Shown: positions 9,775 to 21,600, counted from the first letter of the stretch. The stretch: 64,000 bases of DNA from Candidatus Ozemobacteraceae bacterium (GCA_965140445.1 OZ223236.1:1664001-1728000); one strand, 5' to 3'. Notes: generated by a model from the sequence alone, not told the origin. Numbers and translations: made by a program.

Positions 9775-11960
9775 TTGTCTTCTTCTATTACCCTTTCAAA
9801 ACTTATCCATCTTGAAATATTTACATCATAAATATCTTTGTCACAGCATAACGCTGGATCATAAAAAACCTTGTGTTCAGTATTCTTTTTCCAGCGGTCA
9901 ATATCCAGAACATCTACCGCCAGAGCGCCTTTTAAATTCAAAGTATTGTTTTGGGGAATAACCCGGCATTTGTGACCATAACCAACTGCAACTAGTGAAG
10001 CTTCAATTGGGGCATCTGTTTTAACCCAAATTGTTTGTGGAGAAACCACGCCTTCTATATCTGCTCCACGAACAGCAAGGATACAAAGATCCTCTGGAGT
10101 GGCTTTCTTTATTTCACTTTCAATGGAAATTTCATCTGCAATTAAAATTCCTTTGCCGTGGATTTCTAAAGGAGCGCCGTCCTTTCCCTTAAGGGTCACT
10201 TTTCCAGAGACTCTGACTATTCCATGGAGATATAATTTTCCATTTCTTAAAATTCCAAACTCTCCAAGTTTTGAAGCAGGAAAGTCTTTTCTATACCATA
10301 GACTGGCATGACTGAATGGCCTGAATTCATTTACAGACAAATCGCTTCCATCAAGAGACATGGTATCTGTAAACTTATAAAACTCCGGATTGGAAAAAGT
10401 GTCTGTATCTTCGCCTTCTTTATAATCGTAATCCGAGTTCATGACTGATTTAATTTCTTTGTAATTGAAGTTATCTCTTACGTAGGCAAGGTTAAGCTCT
10501 CCGCCTACCAAAGAATCAATATATGGATAGACCGGTATTCTTCTTGCGTTATACTTGGCTATGAGGTCCGGGTTGTTAAGTGGGGTAGGGCCTTCAGCTG
10601 CGTCAACCCACTTCCAGCCAAATGTTTTTTTCTTTTTCTTTTTGTAGAAAATCGTTAATTCTGCTTCAGTCATATCTAAAACAAAATATCCAAAATGGAA
10701 GAAGCGCTTGCGAATTTTTCCTCGAAGAATGTTGCTCATCTGATCCATTGGAAGAATTTTCAGTCCTGGTTTAAATGGCAGGTTGGGATCTTTTGGTGAA
10801 AAACAAATCTTGTCTCCTTGCCATGCGCCTTTTCTGGCGGCTTTTAAGTCCTTTTTTTGCTCGTCGGTCAAGGTTGTGATTGCGTCAATTGCAGTGTCTG
10901 TAACCGGGTGCTTCTCAAAATAGAAATTTCCTTTGAGTTTGCCAATTTGACATGATTTATATTTGGCATCCCCTGTGTGCCCCTGTTTAGCGACTTCTTC
11001 ATCAAATGCTTCTTTTGAGGCCTGGTTGAAAAGAGGGTAAAGACCTGGTAAAAGCGATAAACATTGCGGATTATCAAGTGGAGAAGGGGGAGTTATTTTA
11101 TCTTTTTTTAGTGGGGTGGGGATCAGAGATGCGGTGTCTTCAGTGACATCAATGAATACTGGCTTTCCTGACATTCCACTGGTTCCGCCCAGAAAAACCT
11201 TTCCATACATTTGCGGGGCAGCCGGATTGAGACCGGTTTGATCAATGGTAAGCTTTGTGTTTTGAGGGTTTAAATTGCTGCCATTGTAGTTTACGAATTC
11301 TTCATAGCCTCTGCTGATAAAGAGGGCATAATCTAAGATTCTATTGTGAACATAAGCAGCGTGACGATTTGACTTATTACTGACAATTGAAACTACTTTG
11401 TAATCGTGGTGTCTGGTGATAGTACAGGCACCCCTAATGGTTTTTTTGTATTTTTCTTTTGGGCCAACCCTAACTCTGATTTCAAGGGTTCCTACACCTT
11501 CGTTTCTATAATATTTTCTTCCATTTGGGTCCTGGTTACGAAAATCAATAATTCTTGCAGTGACGGAAATATCAAACCTGTTACCAATGGTCATAGATGT
11601 AGCAACATTTTCAGTCAGGGGAACTGGAATTACCACCCCCTTGGAATTTTTATCTTTAAGATTTCCAGTAGTGCAATCCAGAGCTGATGGAGAGGAATGA
11701 TTGTTCGCAATTTGCAGGTGAAGAGTGCTGGTGGTTTTCCCAGCTTCATTGCTGATGTAAGCAAAAGCTTCTTCTATAGCAGACTCAGCCAGCTGTCTCG
11801 CAACCTCTGCCGCCTGAAATTTAAATGCGTTCGATTGAGCTTCTCGCGACATTTTATGAAACTGTATCGCAAGCATGCTGATTATAAGCATCACAAAGAT
11901 GGCGGAAAACATTGCTACGCCTCTTTTGTTATAACTTACTGATATGATTTGATTTTTCAT
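9771..11960 (-). CDS. Large PilX/GspK-like pilin-family protein
   Basis: KRG-VAMFSAIFVMLII lacks Glu5, followed by A..LAESAIEEA as in the PilX N-terminus. Large C-terminal beta-rich domain. Confidence 0.7.
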   Translation of the reverse strand: MKNQIISVSYNKRGVAMFSAIFVMLIISMLAIQFHKMSREAQSNAFKFQAAEVARQLAESAIEEAFAYISNEAGKTTSTLHLQIANNHSSPSALDCTTGNLKDKNSKGVVIPVPLTENVATSMTIGNRFDISVTARIIDFRNQDPNGRKYYRNEGVGTLEIRVRVGPKEKYKKTIRGACTITRHHDYKVVSIVSNKSNRHAAYVHNRILDYALFISRGYEEFVNYNGSNLNPQNTKLTIDQTGLNPAAPQMYGKVFLGGTSGMSGKPVFIDVTEDTASLIPTPLKKDKITPPSPLDNPQCLSLLPGLYPLFNQASKEAFDEEVAKQGHTGDAKYKSCQIGKLKGNFYFEKHPVTDTAIDAITTLTDEQKKDLKAARKGAWQGDKICFSPKDPNLPFKPGLKILPMDQMSNILRGKIRKRFFHFGYFVLDMTEAELTIFYKKKKKKTFGWKWVDAAEGPTPLNNPDLIAKYNARRIPVYPYIDSLVGGELNLAYVRDNFNYKEIKSVMNSDYDYKEGEDTDTFSNPEFYKFTDTMSLDGSDLSVNEFRPFSHASLWYRKDFPASKLGEFGILRNGKLYLHGIVRVSGKVTLKGKDGAPLEIHGKGILIADEISIESEIKKATPEDLCILAVRGADIEGVVSPQTIWVKTDAPIEASLVAVGYGHKCRVIPQNNTLNLKGALAVDVLDIDRWKKNTEHKVFYDPALCCDKDIYDVNISRWISFERVIEEDK

Positions 11961-12115
11961 TAATTTTTCCTGTTAGACCAAGTTTACTATTTAAGAGAGA
12001 GTCATTCAAGTTATAGAGTTGTAAAAAATGCTTGCGTCTATGTGGAAATTGCTATTTTTGTAATTATCATGATATTTTGTTCAAAAGAATTTGATAGAGA
12101 TCAAGGGAGATATAC

Positions 12116-13051
12116 ATGGCAGAAAATAAAAAATTCAGACTTGTTACCAGAAGCGACTTTGACGGACTGGTATGCGCTGTTTTATTTAAAGAAATGGACA
12201 TGATAGATGATATTAAGTTTGTTCATCCAAAAGATATGCAGGATGGAAAAATTGAAATTACTGATCGAGATATAACCACTAATCTTCCATATGTAGAAGC
12301 TGCTCATCTTGTTTTCGATCACCATTTAAGTGAAACTATCAGGAATAAAGGGAAGAAAGATAATCATATTATTGATTCCAATGCCATGTCGGCAGCTAGA
12401 GTTGTATATGATTATTACGGTGGCAAGGAAAAGTTTCCAAAAATTTCTGAAGATATGATGACTGCAGTTGATAAAGCTGATGCTGCGCAGTTTTCAAAAG
12501 AAGAAATTCTTCATCCTGAAAAATGGGTTTTGCTAAATTATCTCATGGACCCAAGAACTGGTTTGGGGAGATTCAGAAGCTTCAGGATTTCAAACTATCA
12601 GTTAATGATGGAGCTTATTGATTGCTGTAAAGATTTAACAATCGAAGAAATCATGGAACTTCCAGATGTTAAAGATAGGGTTGAACTTTATTTTGAGCAG
12701 GAAGAGAAATTTAAAAAACAACTTAGAGCCTGCTCCAAGATTTATAAGAATTTAATTGTTTTAGACCTTAGAAATGAAGAGATTATTCACGCAGGAAACC
12801 GATTTGTAATTTATGCATTGTATCCTGAATGTAATATTTCTATTCATGTGCTTTGGGGTTTCCAAAAGCAAAATACGGTTTTTGCAACCGGCAAGTCTAT
12901 TGTTAACAGAAGCTCAAAAACAAACGTTGGTGATTTAATGCTTAAATATGGTGGGGGCGGCCATCAAGCTGCTGGCACATGTCAAATTGAGCATGATAAA
13001 GCTGAACAGGTTCTAAAAGAGCTAATTGAAAAAATAAATGCAGATGGATAA
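12116..13051 (+). CDS. DHH-family phosphoesterase (NrnB/'exopolyphosphatase'-like nanoRNase)
   Basis: RLVTRSDFDGLVC, FDHH and GGGGHQAAG motifs. GGGAG RBS. Confidence 0.85.
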   Translation: MAENKKFRLVTRSDFDGLVCAVLFKEMDMIDDIKFVHPKDMQDGKIEITDRDITTNLPYVEAAHLVFDHHLSETIRNKGKKDNHIIDSNAMSAARVVYDYYGGKEKFPKISEDMMTAVDKADAAQFSKEEILHPEKWVLLNYLMDPRTGLGRFRSFRISNYQLMMELIDCCKDLTIEEIMELPDVKDRVELYFEQEEKFKKQLRACSKIYKNLIVLDLRNEEIIHAGNRFVIYALYPECNISIHVLWGFQKQNTVFATGKSIVNRSSKTNVGDLMLKYGGGGHQAAGTCQIEHDKAEQVLKELIEKINADG

Positions 13052-13062
13052 AGATGTATGTT

Positions 13063-13103
13063 AAATGAGAGGGGCCGTGTTTTACACGGCCCCTCTCATT
13101 TTT
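13063..13103 (+). terminator. Perfect 18-bp hairpin, probable intrinsic terminator
   Basis: AAATGAGAGGGGCCGTGT-TTT-ACACGGCCCCTCTCATTT directly after the stop at 13051. Confidence 0.75.
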
Positions 13104-13115
13104 AAGGAGAACTCT

Positions 13116-14354
13116 TTGCTTGAGAAACTGAAAAAAATGTTTGCCGCATTTACTTTGAGGGAATACAGATATTTCTTCTTTGTAAACGGTGCATCCATGG
13201 TTGGAACATGGATGCAAAGACTTGCAATGAGTTGGTTAGTGTATCGACTTACCGACTCTGCCACATGGCTTGGCGCGGTAAATTTTGCAGGTTGGTTTAC
13301 AGCATTCCTGGTGATGCCTTGGGCTGGAGTATTGCTGGATACTTTTTCAAGAAGGAAAATTCTCGCTTTTGCTCAATTTATTGGTTTCGCTCAAGCTCTG
13401 GTTTTGGCATATCTGACTCTATCAGGTAATATTGACATTTATCAGATCCTCATTCTTAGCGTCGGACTTGGATTTGTAAATGGTTTTGACATGCCAGGAA
13501 GGCATGCGTTTGTTTCTGATCTTGTAAAAGACAAAAGATTTCTAGCTAATGCAATTGCGCTGAATTCCACAATGTTTAATCTTGCAAGGCTTATCGGTCC
13601 TGCGTTAGCTGGGATAATTGTGGCCAAAGTAGGAGAGGGGTATTGCTTTCTTATAAACGGGATTTCGTTTTTACCCGCAGCGATTTTCCTTTTAATGATG
13701 GAGCTTACAGAAGAAAAAAATGATCATGGCAATAAATCTTTTATTAAAGGGATTGCAGAAGGACTTAGTTATGCTCGCAATCATGAAGCTATTTTCCCTG
13801 TTTTACTGATGTTATCAGTAGCGTCGTTTATGGGAATGTCGTTAGTTACGCTTTTGCCCGTAATTGCAAAAGAAGTGCTGCTGGGTGATTCGCAAACTTT
13901 GGGCTTTTTAACAGGTGCTATGGGTGTTGGGGCGGTAATAGGAGCACTTTGGCTTGCTTCCAGGTCTTCAGCAATTGGCATGGAAAAAATAATAAATTTT
14001 GCGTTTGGAAGCTATGGTTTTTTTGCCATTTGTCTTTCCTGGTCAAGTAATCTGCCATTATCTTTGCTTTTTATGTCTTTAATGGGATTTTGTGTTGTAA
14101 ATGGCTGGTCATCTAGTAACACTGTTTTACAAACAGTTTCAGATAAAGCTCGACGAAGCCGTGTTATGAGCATATATCTTATGTGCTTCTCTGGTATGTC
14201 TCCGATAGGAAGTCTTGTGATGGGGTGGTTGACCTCAAAAATTGGAGTATCTTATGCCGTAAGTATTGGCGGAAGTTGTTTGCTGGTGGCATCCATGTTT
14301 TTTTCTTTAAAGCTTGAAAAAATGAATAAGGCATTAGTGCGAGCTTGTAGTTGA
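13116..14354 (+). CDS. MFS transporter (EntS/H+ antiporter-3-like)
   Basis: 12 hydrophobic segments; SMVGTWMQRLA, GVLLDTFSRRK and FNLARLIGPALAG. Start reassigned to TTG 13116 after AAGGAG because the track start at 13065 lies in the hairpin. Confidence 0.9.
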   Translation: MLEKLKKMFAAFTLREYRYFFFVNGASMVGTWMQRLAMSWLVYRLTDSATWLGAVNFAGWFTAFLVMPWAGVLLDTFSRRKILAFAQFIGFAQALVLAYLTLSGNIDIYQILILSVGLGFVNGFDMPGRHAFVSDLVKDKRFLANAIALNSTMFNLARLIGPALAGIIVAKVGEGYCFLINGISFLPAAIFLLMMELTEEKNDHGNKSFIKGIAEGLSYARNHEAIFPVLLMLSVASFMGMSLVTLLPVIAKEVLLGDSQTLGFLTGAMGVGAVIGALWLASRSSAIGMEKIINFAFGSYGFFAICLSWSSNLPLSLLFMSLMGFCVVNGWSSSNTVLQTVSDKARRSRVMSIYLMCFSGMSPIGSLVMGWLTSKIGVSYAVSIGGSCLLVASMFFSLKLEKMNKALVRACS

Positions 14355-14394
14355 TCTGTCACAATAAGCAGGTTGTGCTGGTTTCCCCGGTTGT

Positions 14395-15135
14395 TTAAAA
14401 TCCATTCCTTCTCAGGCGGTCAATTACTATATCCCAGGCATTGAACCAATCGTCAGGGCGCATCATATGTTCCGATTCTGGATATTCATGGTATTCGATT
14501 TTGTCTGGGACACTCTCGTAAGCAGGTTTTAGTTTTTCAAAAAATATTTTTGCTTCACCTGCTGGAACAGTAGTATCTAGACCTGCATTTACCATGAGAA
14601 GAGGGGTGGGGTATACTTCTGTCTGGAAATCTATTGGGCCTGAACGCTCAAGTATAGAAAATGAGTCCCCAGTTTTTTTTGCCGGGTCTCTCCAGTTCGG
14701 AGATGCCAGAAATGGTGCGACAAAGTCAGGTTTATTAGGATTTCTAAGAGTGCCAAAAGCCACAAATCCACCCATTGAAATTCCGATAACCGCAACTTTT
14801 TTCTTAAGTTTTTCTCTATAAAATTTGACTATTAAATCCAATTCTAAGACTTGTTGTTGGATTATAAGCAACAAAAGCTGGTGTTTTTTGCGGGGAGAAG
14901 AATCTTGCAAATATTCTAAAAAACCGTCTTTTCTTTCTCCGTGGTGTGGAGCATCCATGGCAATCGTATGAAAACCATTTTTGGCCAGGCTTTCTATGTC
15001 AGGAATCTGAGTCTCTTTACACACATTTAAACCATGTAAAACAAAAACAACAGAATCCCTGGCAATTTCAGGAGAGGCGGTAATAGCTGGAATTGCTGTA
15101 GAATCATTTGGTGTGATGGTGAGCTTTTGAATCAT
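14395..15135 (-). CDS. Alpha/beta hydrolase (YjfP/YitV-like esterase)
   Basis: HG oxyanion motif, DAPHHGER, GISMGG nucleophile elbow, D..VP and H catalytic residues. ATG 15135 overlaps the upstream stop (ATGA). Confidence 0.85.
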   Translation of the reverse strand: MIQKLTITPNDSTAIPAITASPEIARDSVVFVLHGLNVCKETQIPDIESLAKNGFHTIAMDAPHHGERKDGFLEYLQDSSPRKKHQLLLLIIQQQVLELDLIVKFYREKLKKKVAVIGISMGGFVAFGTLRNPNKPDFVAPFLASPNWRDPAKKTGDSFSILERSGPIDFQTEVYPTPLLMVNAGLDTTVPAGEAKIFFEKLKPAYESVPDKIEYHEYPESEHMMRPDDWFNAWDIVIDRLRRNGF

Positions 15136-15626
15136 TCTACTTTTATTGGCTCCCATTTTTTCAAGACTTCCTGAACTTTTTTAATAGCTTTGGTGGAAAG
15201 CTTTCTTTCGAGTTCCTGTCTGAGTCTTTTAGAGTCCTTATCACCTTGCTTTTCTGCAATGGAATACCAAAAATAAGCTTTAGCAAAGTTTTTTTCTACA
15301 CCTTCACCATTCTCATACATTGTACCAAGACTGAATTGGGCGTTAACATTATTTCGCTGGGCGGCTTTTTCATAGAGCTCGGCAGCTTTTTTATGATCTT
15401 TTGGGACGTGTAATCCGCAATAATACATAAATCCCAAACTAACAAGCGCTCCTGGATCGCCTTTTTCAGCAGCAGGTTGAAAGATTTCAACAGCCTTTTT
15501 ATAATCTCCATCTTTATAGGCTTTACTTGCGTCTTCAAGGGTAGGAGCTTTATTGCAACATCCTGGTATGAATAGCATAGCCAGGAGTGCAGAAATTAAT
15601 AATTTAAGTATATTTTTTTTGTTCAT
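15132..15626 (-). CDS. Sel1-like repeat lipoprotein
   Basis: Lipobox IPG-C. Sel1 repeats (AAEKGDPGALVSLGFMY, AQFSLGTMYENGEGV). Confidence 0.85.
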   Translation of the reverse strand: MNKKNILKLLISALLAMLFIPGCCNKAPTLEDASKAYKDGDYKKAVEIFQPAAEKGDPGALVSLGFMYYCGLHVPKDHKKAAELYEKAAQRNNVNAQFSLGTMYENGEGVEKNFAKAYFWYSIAEKQGDKDSKRLRQELERKLSTKAIKKVQEVLKKWEPIKVE

Positions 15627-15773
15627 AATTTAAAGTTGCCTGAGTGCAAATGTCTTCAATGGAATTTAACGGTTTTCAAAAAAAATGTAAAGCTTCAAAA
15701 CCTGATTGGACTAATTTAGCAGGATAATTTATTATAACATGCAAATAAAGAAACTTGGGAAAACAACACCTTA

Positions 15774-18671
15774 ATGATTCGACGATTGAAAAGCTTATTG
15801 CCGCTTATTTTTCCTCTTATTTTAACCATGTTGCCATTTGGAGTTTTATACTTTAACGAGCTGCAAAAGGTTGAGGTCGAGAGAGAAAGAGAAGCCACAT
15901 ATTGGGAGCAACAGGCGAAAAACTACTTGCAGCTTTTTAGGTCTCAGCACTCTTTTGAAGGACAATGCAGCAGTAGAATTGTCATGATGCATTCTTTTTT
16001 ACGAAGATCTATTGAAGAAAAAAAGCGAATAGATAGCGGGTATTTTTCAAGAGTAGTTAAGTTTTTTTTTAATGATGGCTTGAAAACAGAATTTGTTTAT
16101 GCAGGGATTTTGAATAAAAAGTCTGGGAAACTGGTTTTTTTTAAAGGAAAAAATTTCAGAAAGCAAAAGCAAGCCGTTTTAAGAAGAGTTCTAGAGCCTC
16201 TTGCTATGCCTTTAGACCCCGATAGTGGAAATTCTTTTAAAAATAACAAATTATGTAAAAGTATTTTTGGGCCAAGGATTTCTTTTGATTTATTAAAGAG
16301 CTCTTTTAAGGGTAAAGGAAAACCTTTTTTAGGTAAGTTTGATAAAATTTTCCGATATTCTGTAATTGATTCTGTTGATTTATCTGAAGAGAAAGCTCTT
16401 GTCTATCTTTTTGTTTTTCCTAGAGATAGCGTCGACAGAGCAAAACGTCTCGCCATTGGACTGTCAGCTTTTAAAAATGAGCGCAAAGGAGTCTATCCAG
16501 CAATTGTACCTCTTGAGTTTGCTGACAACGGCGAAAAAATCTATTTTGGCAGCGATTTTCCTCTAGCATTAAAAGGAAAGCTTATTGAACTTCTGGGAGA
16601 ACTGAAAAAAAATAGATTCCAGCGAGAAGACGACTTTCCAATCGGAAAGGTTTCTAATGCAAAAAAAATGAAAATTTTGCGGGAATTCATTAGCTATCAG
16701 GTTCCGTATGAATTATGGCTTATCGGTGATAATTCAGGACCCGGAAGAAATAGAATCCCCTCTTTTGTTTTTCTTATCTTGCTGGTGCTTGGAGCTGGTT
16801 TTGTTGGGGCTTTTTCCAGAGTAATGATTTTTGGGCATCCTATCGGTGTGAGCATTAGGGTTTGGTTAAACTTACTTTTTGCTTTAATTGGGATTGTTCC
16901 CCTTATTGTTTTATATACCGCAGGAGCAATGCAGATCGAAACAACGGCTTTTCGAAGTGAGCAGTTAGCCGTTAAAGACACCCTTCAGATGCTGGAAGAA
17001 GCGGATACTTCCGGAAATATGATTTTAGCCGAATACAGGCAAGTGATGAGAAACTTTTCTTTAAATCCTGAATGGAAAAAGCTCTTAAGTTCAAGAGATA
17101 AAGCAGACTGGGAAAAGGCAAGCAAAATTGTTGAGGCAACAATCGCTAAGAGTGGTCTTACTACCAGCTCTTTTGGTGTTATTCCGCCATCTTTTTCCAA
17201 TGTTAAAGATTGGTTGATCATTTTTGACAGATGGGTAAAAGACAGACCTCTTGAAATTAGAAGAGTTAATTTTCTTTTGCCCTGGTTCGCAAAGTCTTAT
17301 TCTATGTTATTCCCTGAAGAGTCTGGAGACGTAGAAGTTAGTCTTCCATTTTTCTCAGGAAAGATTGGTGATGAGGTTATAGCATTTTTTTTATCCTTAA
17401 GATCTGATATTGATGTGGTGGTTTCTGAGAATTTAAAATACTTCATTGCTCATGATTATATTTTAAAAAATGGAAAACCTTATAATTGGTATTTTCTCAG
17501 GTCAAAAATTGATCAGGTGTTTGAAAAATATCTGCGTGACAAAGTTGAAACTCTTCAAATCAGTTATCCTGACAGCTTTTTTTCGCTATCAGAAATAGGC
17601 AATGTTGATGCGCCTTTTATTCTTCCTAATTTTAAGAATAAACTCTCTGGCAGGATGTATAAGTATGCTTCAAAATGGATTAAGCAAGCTTCCTCAACCG
17701 GAGCAAAACTAGTCAGGAAACTTGATGATGGAATTCTTGTAGTTTTCCCTTGTCAGACCTCTGGACCATATATTTTAAGCGCTATGATTTCTTTCTCAGA
17801 CATAAGGGATAATGTTAGAAGGCAGAAATATTACTTGATTATAATCGTCTGGTTGCTTGTTATTCCCGTTCTGGTATTGGCAAGACTTCTAACCGAATAC
17901 GTAGTCCAGCCCTTGAAAACTGTAGAAAGAGGTATCTCAAGGATTGCCGAAGAAGATTTCTCGGTTGAGGTAAAACTTAATCGTACAGACGAATTGGGGA
18001 ACCTGGCGGACGCTTTTGAAAGAATGCGGTTAGGTATTTTGGAGAGAGTAAACCTTGGGAGATTTGTTTCTGCCAGTCTTGATGCAGAGGTTGCTCAGAA
18101 GAATGAAGACGATGTGGGAATGAAGTCAAAGTTTGGTGCAATTCTTTGCTCTGATATACGCAACTTCACCACTTTAAGTGAATTACATCCTGTCAGGGAT
18201 ATTGTTGAGATGCTTAATCAGCACCTGGGAAAAATGGCTGAATGTATTCAAAGCGAAAATGGCATGGTTGAGCAATTTGTTGGAGATGCTATTATTGCAG
18301 CTTTTCATGATGATGATCCGGAAAAAGCTGCAAAAAAAGCCGTGTTAGCAGCTGTCAGAATGTATGAAGCTCACAAAGAGCTTAATATTCAAAGAAAGCT
18401 CAGGGGAAAATTTCAATATGAGTTCGGAATAGGTATTGATGGAGGAAAACTTCTTTCAGGAACTATCGAAGCTAAGGGTAGAAGAGAATATCTTATAATC
18501 GGAAAAGCTAGAAATACTGCAGAACAGCTTGAAGGGCTTTCCAAACAGGGAAAACATACAAAAATAATTCTTACCGAATCATTAAAAGAAATGGTAAAAG
18601 ATGAACACAATTTTGTTATCTTAGACGGTTCGGATTTTTATGAGCTTCTTATATCGGAGAACAATTCATGA
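15774..18671 (+). CDS. 4-TM HAMP class III cyclase, metal-binding (C1-like) half
   Basis: CSDIRNFT and VGDA keep both Asp. K->Q (EQF), T->L, R->Q (NTAEQLE) and no KGK. HAMP precedes the cyclase domain. Confidence 0.85.
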   Translation: MIRRLKSLLPLIFPLILTMLPFGVLYFNELQKVEVEREREATYWEQQAKNYLQLFRSQHSFEGQCSSRIVMMHSFLRRSIEEKKRIDSGYFSRVVKFFFNDGLKTEFVYAGILNKKSGKLVFFKGKNFRKQKQAVLRRVLEPLAMPLDPDSGNSFKNNKLCKSIFGPRISFDLLKSSFKGKGKPFLGKFDKIFRYSVIDSVDLSEEKALVYLFVFPRDSVDRAKRLAIGLSAFKNERKGVYPAIVPLEFADNGEKIYFGSDFPLALKGKLIELLGELKKNRFQREDDFPIGKVSNAKKMKILREFISYQVPYELWLIGDNSGPGRNRIPSFVFLILLVLGAGFVGAFSRVMIFGHPIGVSIRVWLNLLFALIGIVPLIVLYTAGAMQIETTAFRSEQLAVKDTLQMLEEADTSGNMILAEYRQVMRNFSLNPEWKKLLSSRDKADWEKASKIVEATIAKSGLTTSSFGVIPPSFSNVKDWLIIFDRWVKDRPLEIRRVNFLLPWFAKSYSMLFPEESGDVEVSLPFFSGKIGDEVIAFFLSLRSDIDVVVSENLKYFIAHDYILKNGKPYNWYFLRSKIDQVFEKYLRDKVETLQISYPDSFFSLSEIGNVDAPFILPNFKNKLSGRMYKYASKWIKQASSTGAKLVRKLDDGILVVFPCQTSGPYILSAMISFSDIRDNVRRQKYYLIIIVWLLVIPVLVLARLLTEYVVQPLKTVERGISRIAEEDFSVEVKLNRTDELGNLADAFERMRLGILERVNLGRFVSASLDAEVAQKNEDDVGMKSKFGAILCSDIRNFTTLSELHPVRDIVEMLNQHLGKMAECIQSENGMVEQFVGDAIIAAFHDDDPEKAAKKAVLAAVRMYEAHKELNIQRKLRGKFQYEFGIGIDGGKLLSGTIEAKGRREYLIIGKARNTAEQLEGLSKQGKHTKIILTESLKEMVKDEHNFVILDGSDFYELLISENNS

Positions 18672-21600
18672 AGCTTGCAAAGACATTATTTTTAACATTG
18701 GCACTTGGAGCTTTGTTTCTTCTAATTCTTAGTTTAGAACCTAGAATGTCATACACAAAAACCCAGGCAAAAAGGGTTGCAAATGGATTTAAGATTGCTG
18801 AGAGAATGAATCAGGAAACAAAGTATGATTTTCAGGTTCAAAGCTGGCTGAATAAGTTTAAGACAGATCTAATAAATCGAAGAGAGCTATTTTTTGATAC
18901 AGATGAGATTCCTGAATACTTAAAAAAATGGTTACCAATAGAAAAAATCCTTGTTGTTGAGTCTTCTGACGATGGTGTGCTAAAACGAGCAAATACTTTT
19001 GGAACAGACTTTCCTCTTGACTGGGTTGTTAGTTTTCTTAAAGCCGACTGCCTTCTAAGAGAAAAAACTGAAGATGAGATTGAAGAGGGGCTTCTCGACG
19101 AGCTGGAAAAAAATGTATCTAAGGGTTTCTACAATCTAATAGGTAATAGGGTTACAAAATTAAAAGTTGTTCTCAGGCAAGCATCCAAGATGGTTCTTGA
19201 GCAAAGCGAAACGGGAACAAAGGCTCTATTGTGGGATAAATTTAGATTGGGAGAACGGGTTGGCTATATTTTTATTAAACTTGATTTTCTAAAGTTTAAC
19301 TCACTCTATCCTATAAAATCATTTTTCAAATTTGGGGAGGATTCAGGTTATAACTGCGCTTTCTACTTTCTTGGCTCAAAAAAGATCCTGGGTAATCCTG
19401 GCTTTATGAGCAAAATTGAAAGTGACTTTGTAAAATGGTTAGAAGCTAAATTGGGAGAAATAGGAGAAAGGCCTGCGAAGGCAAATTATAGAGGGCAGGA
19501 AGTTTTTATTGGCTCTAAATCCTATACCTATGACTTTAGACCGCTTGTTATTTTACCTGAAGATATTAATAGCAAACTTTCACTTTCCTGGAAGTTTAAA
19601 CTGGTTTTTCTTATTCTTTTCTTTCTTGTATTAATAATGGTTACAGAAACTCTTATTTTTCAAAGGGGTTTTAAACAGAATCTTGGACGAGTATTAGCCG
19701 GTGCTTTTATGTTGGCTATTTTGATGCCTTTTTTTGTTGCCAGATCAGTTTTCTTAAGAACCCTTATTGAAAACTCAGAAAAAGAAAGATTAAAAATTGA
19801 AAGAGATTTACACGACACATTAATTGGACTTGACGAAGGGGTTCGAATTTTTCACATGAACCTTCTTGCTAATCTGAAGAACTATTGTCGAACCCCATCT
19901 GTTGTTAAATCTATTCTTAATGAAGAAAGAATGGAAGGCAATACTGGTGACATAGATAAGGTTTTTTCCTCCATAAAAGCTGATGAAATTAAACTTAATC
20001 CAAGTTGGGCGGAAGATTTTACCGTGAACGATTCAATTGCAGAATATATAGCTTCTGCTGGAATTCAAATTCTTAGAAAAGATCTAAACTTCTCCCCGGA
20101 GAAAGAGCAGATTATAAACTCTATATTGGTTTCTGGGCCGAATTCATTTATAAGATTTTTTGATAGACAAAGAAGAAAAACGTTGGCAAAAAGATCGCTA
20201 GGTAAAAATGATAATACCTATTATTTGTTGGAATTTTTTAGAAGTAATTTTGCTGAGCGGTTAAATAAAAAAATTATCCATCCAGGATTTGATCGAAAAA
20301 AAATAGGTGCTGTGTCATCGCTTGATGCAAATGGACTTCAGTTTGAGATGGCTGAGAAGGAACTTGTTACCGCGATCGGAGAAGGTCGTACCTATAATAA
20401 GCTTATAAATGCAGACAGTTTAAATTGGTTCCAAACCTCTGTTGGCTTCGTTCATTTTGCTCTATTCCCATGTGAAGTAAATGGTATAATTCGATATTTT
20501 ATTTCAGCTGCCTGGGATGAGTTTGCGATAGATCCATTGTTTTTGAGGCGCAAATTTATTCAGCTTGGAAAAACTAATACAGGTGGGGAACCAACTCATT
20601 TTCAGGCTTATAGTCCTATGATTAGAGATAATCTTTCAAGCAATGAAACAGAATCTAGATTGCTAACAAATTTAATTAATAGTTGTCTTAAAAAGGGCCA
20701 AATTATGCGCGAAGAAACCTTTGAGGGAGTTGGTAGCGAAGGTGCCGCCCTCTATGAGGTTATCCCGGGAAAATTTATTAAACTTTATACGATTGGGGCA
20801 AAGAAAGAGACGGGATTTCTAAAAAAAGAATACAAAAAAAGGCAAATGATTTTTAATATCGGGATTTTCATTTTCATTATTTTCTCCATTGTCGCAGGAT
20901 TTAATATCAGCAGATCTTTCACAAATCCTTTAGAGCACCTACTATGGGGGATGAGTAGAATTGATCAGAATGATTATAAAGTGAGACTTAAAACTAGTAG
21001 AGAAGATGAGTTTGGCTCTCTTTCTGTTGCTTTTAACAGAATGGCAAAAAGGCTTCAGGAAAAGGATTTGCTGGACAAATATGTTTCTCAATCAGTTAAA
21101 AAGCTTACCAGCGAGCCTGAGTTGTTTGCTAAGGCTCAATTAGGCTCAGAAGAGTGGGTAACTATTCTTTTTGCAGATCTTATCGGGTTTAAAGAACTTC
21201 AAGAAAGCAGTTCAGACGAAGACATCCAAAAAGCAGTAGAAACAGGGTTGTCATTCTTTTTTGAAGCTGCTGAAAAGAGCGGCGGAGAAGTGGATAAGGT
21301 TATTGGCGAAAAAGTGTTAATTACTTTTAGACATGATCAAATGGGTGATGATAAAGCTGCTCAAGCGGCTATAGATGTGGCACGCGATATTTCTGGAAAA
21401 TTTGAAGGTGTAGGTAGCTTAGTTCCTTACTTTGGCATCAATTCTGGGAAAGTAATCGCAGGAATTATAGGAACTCCATCGGTAAGAATGGACTACACGG
21501 TAATTGGGGATCCCGTAAATGTTGCAGCTAGATTGTGTGGCGTTGCCTCAAATACCGGTAACAAAGTTGTAATTTCAGGAATCACTCGTGAAATTCTGGC

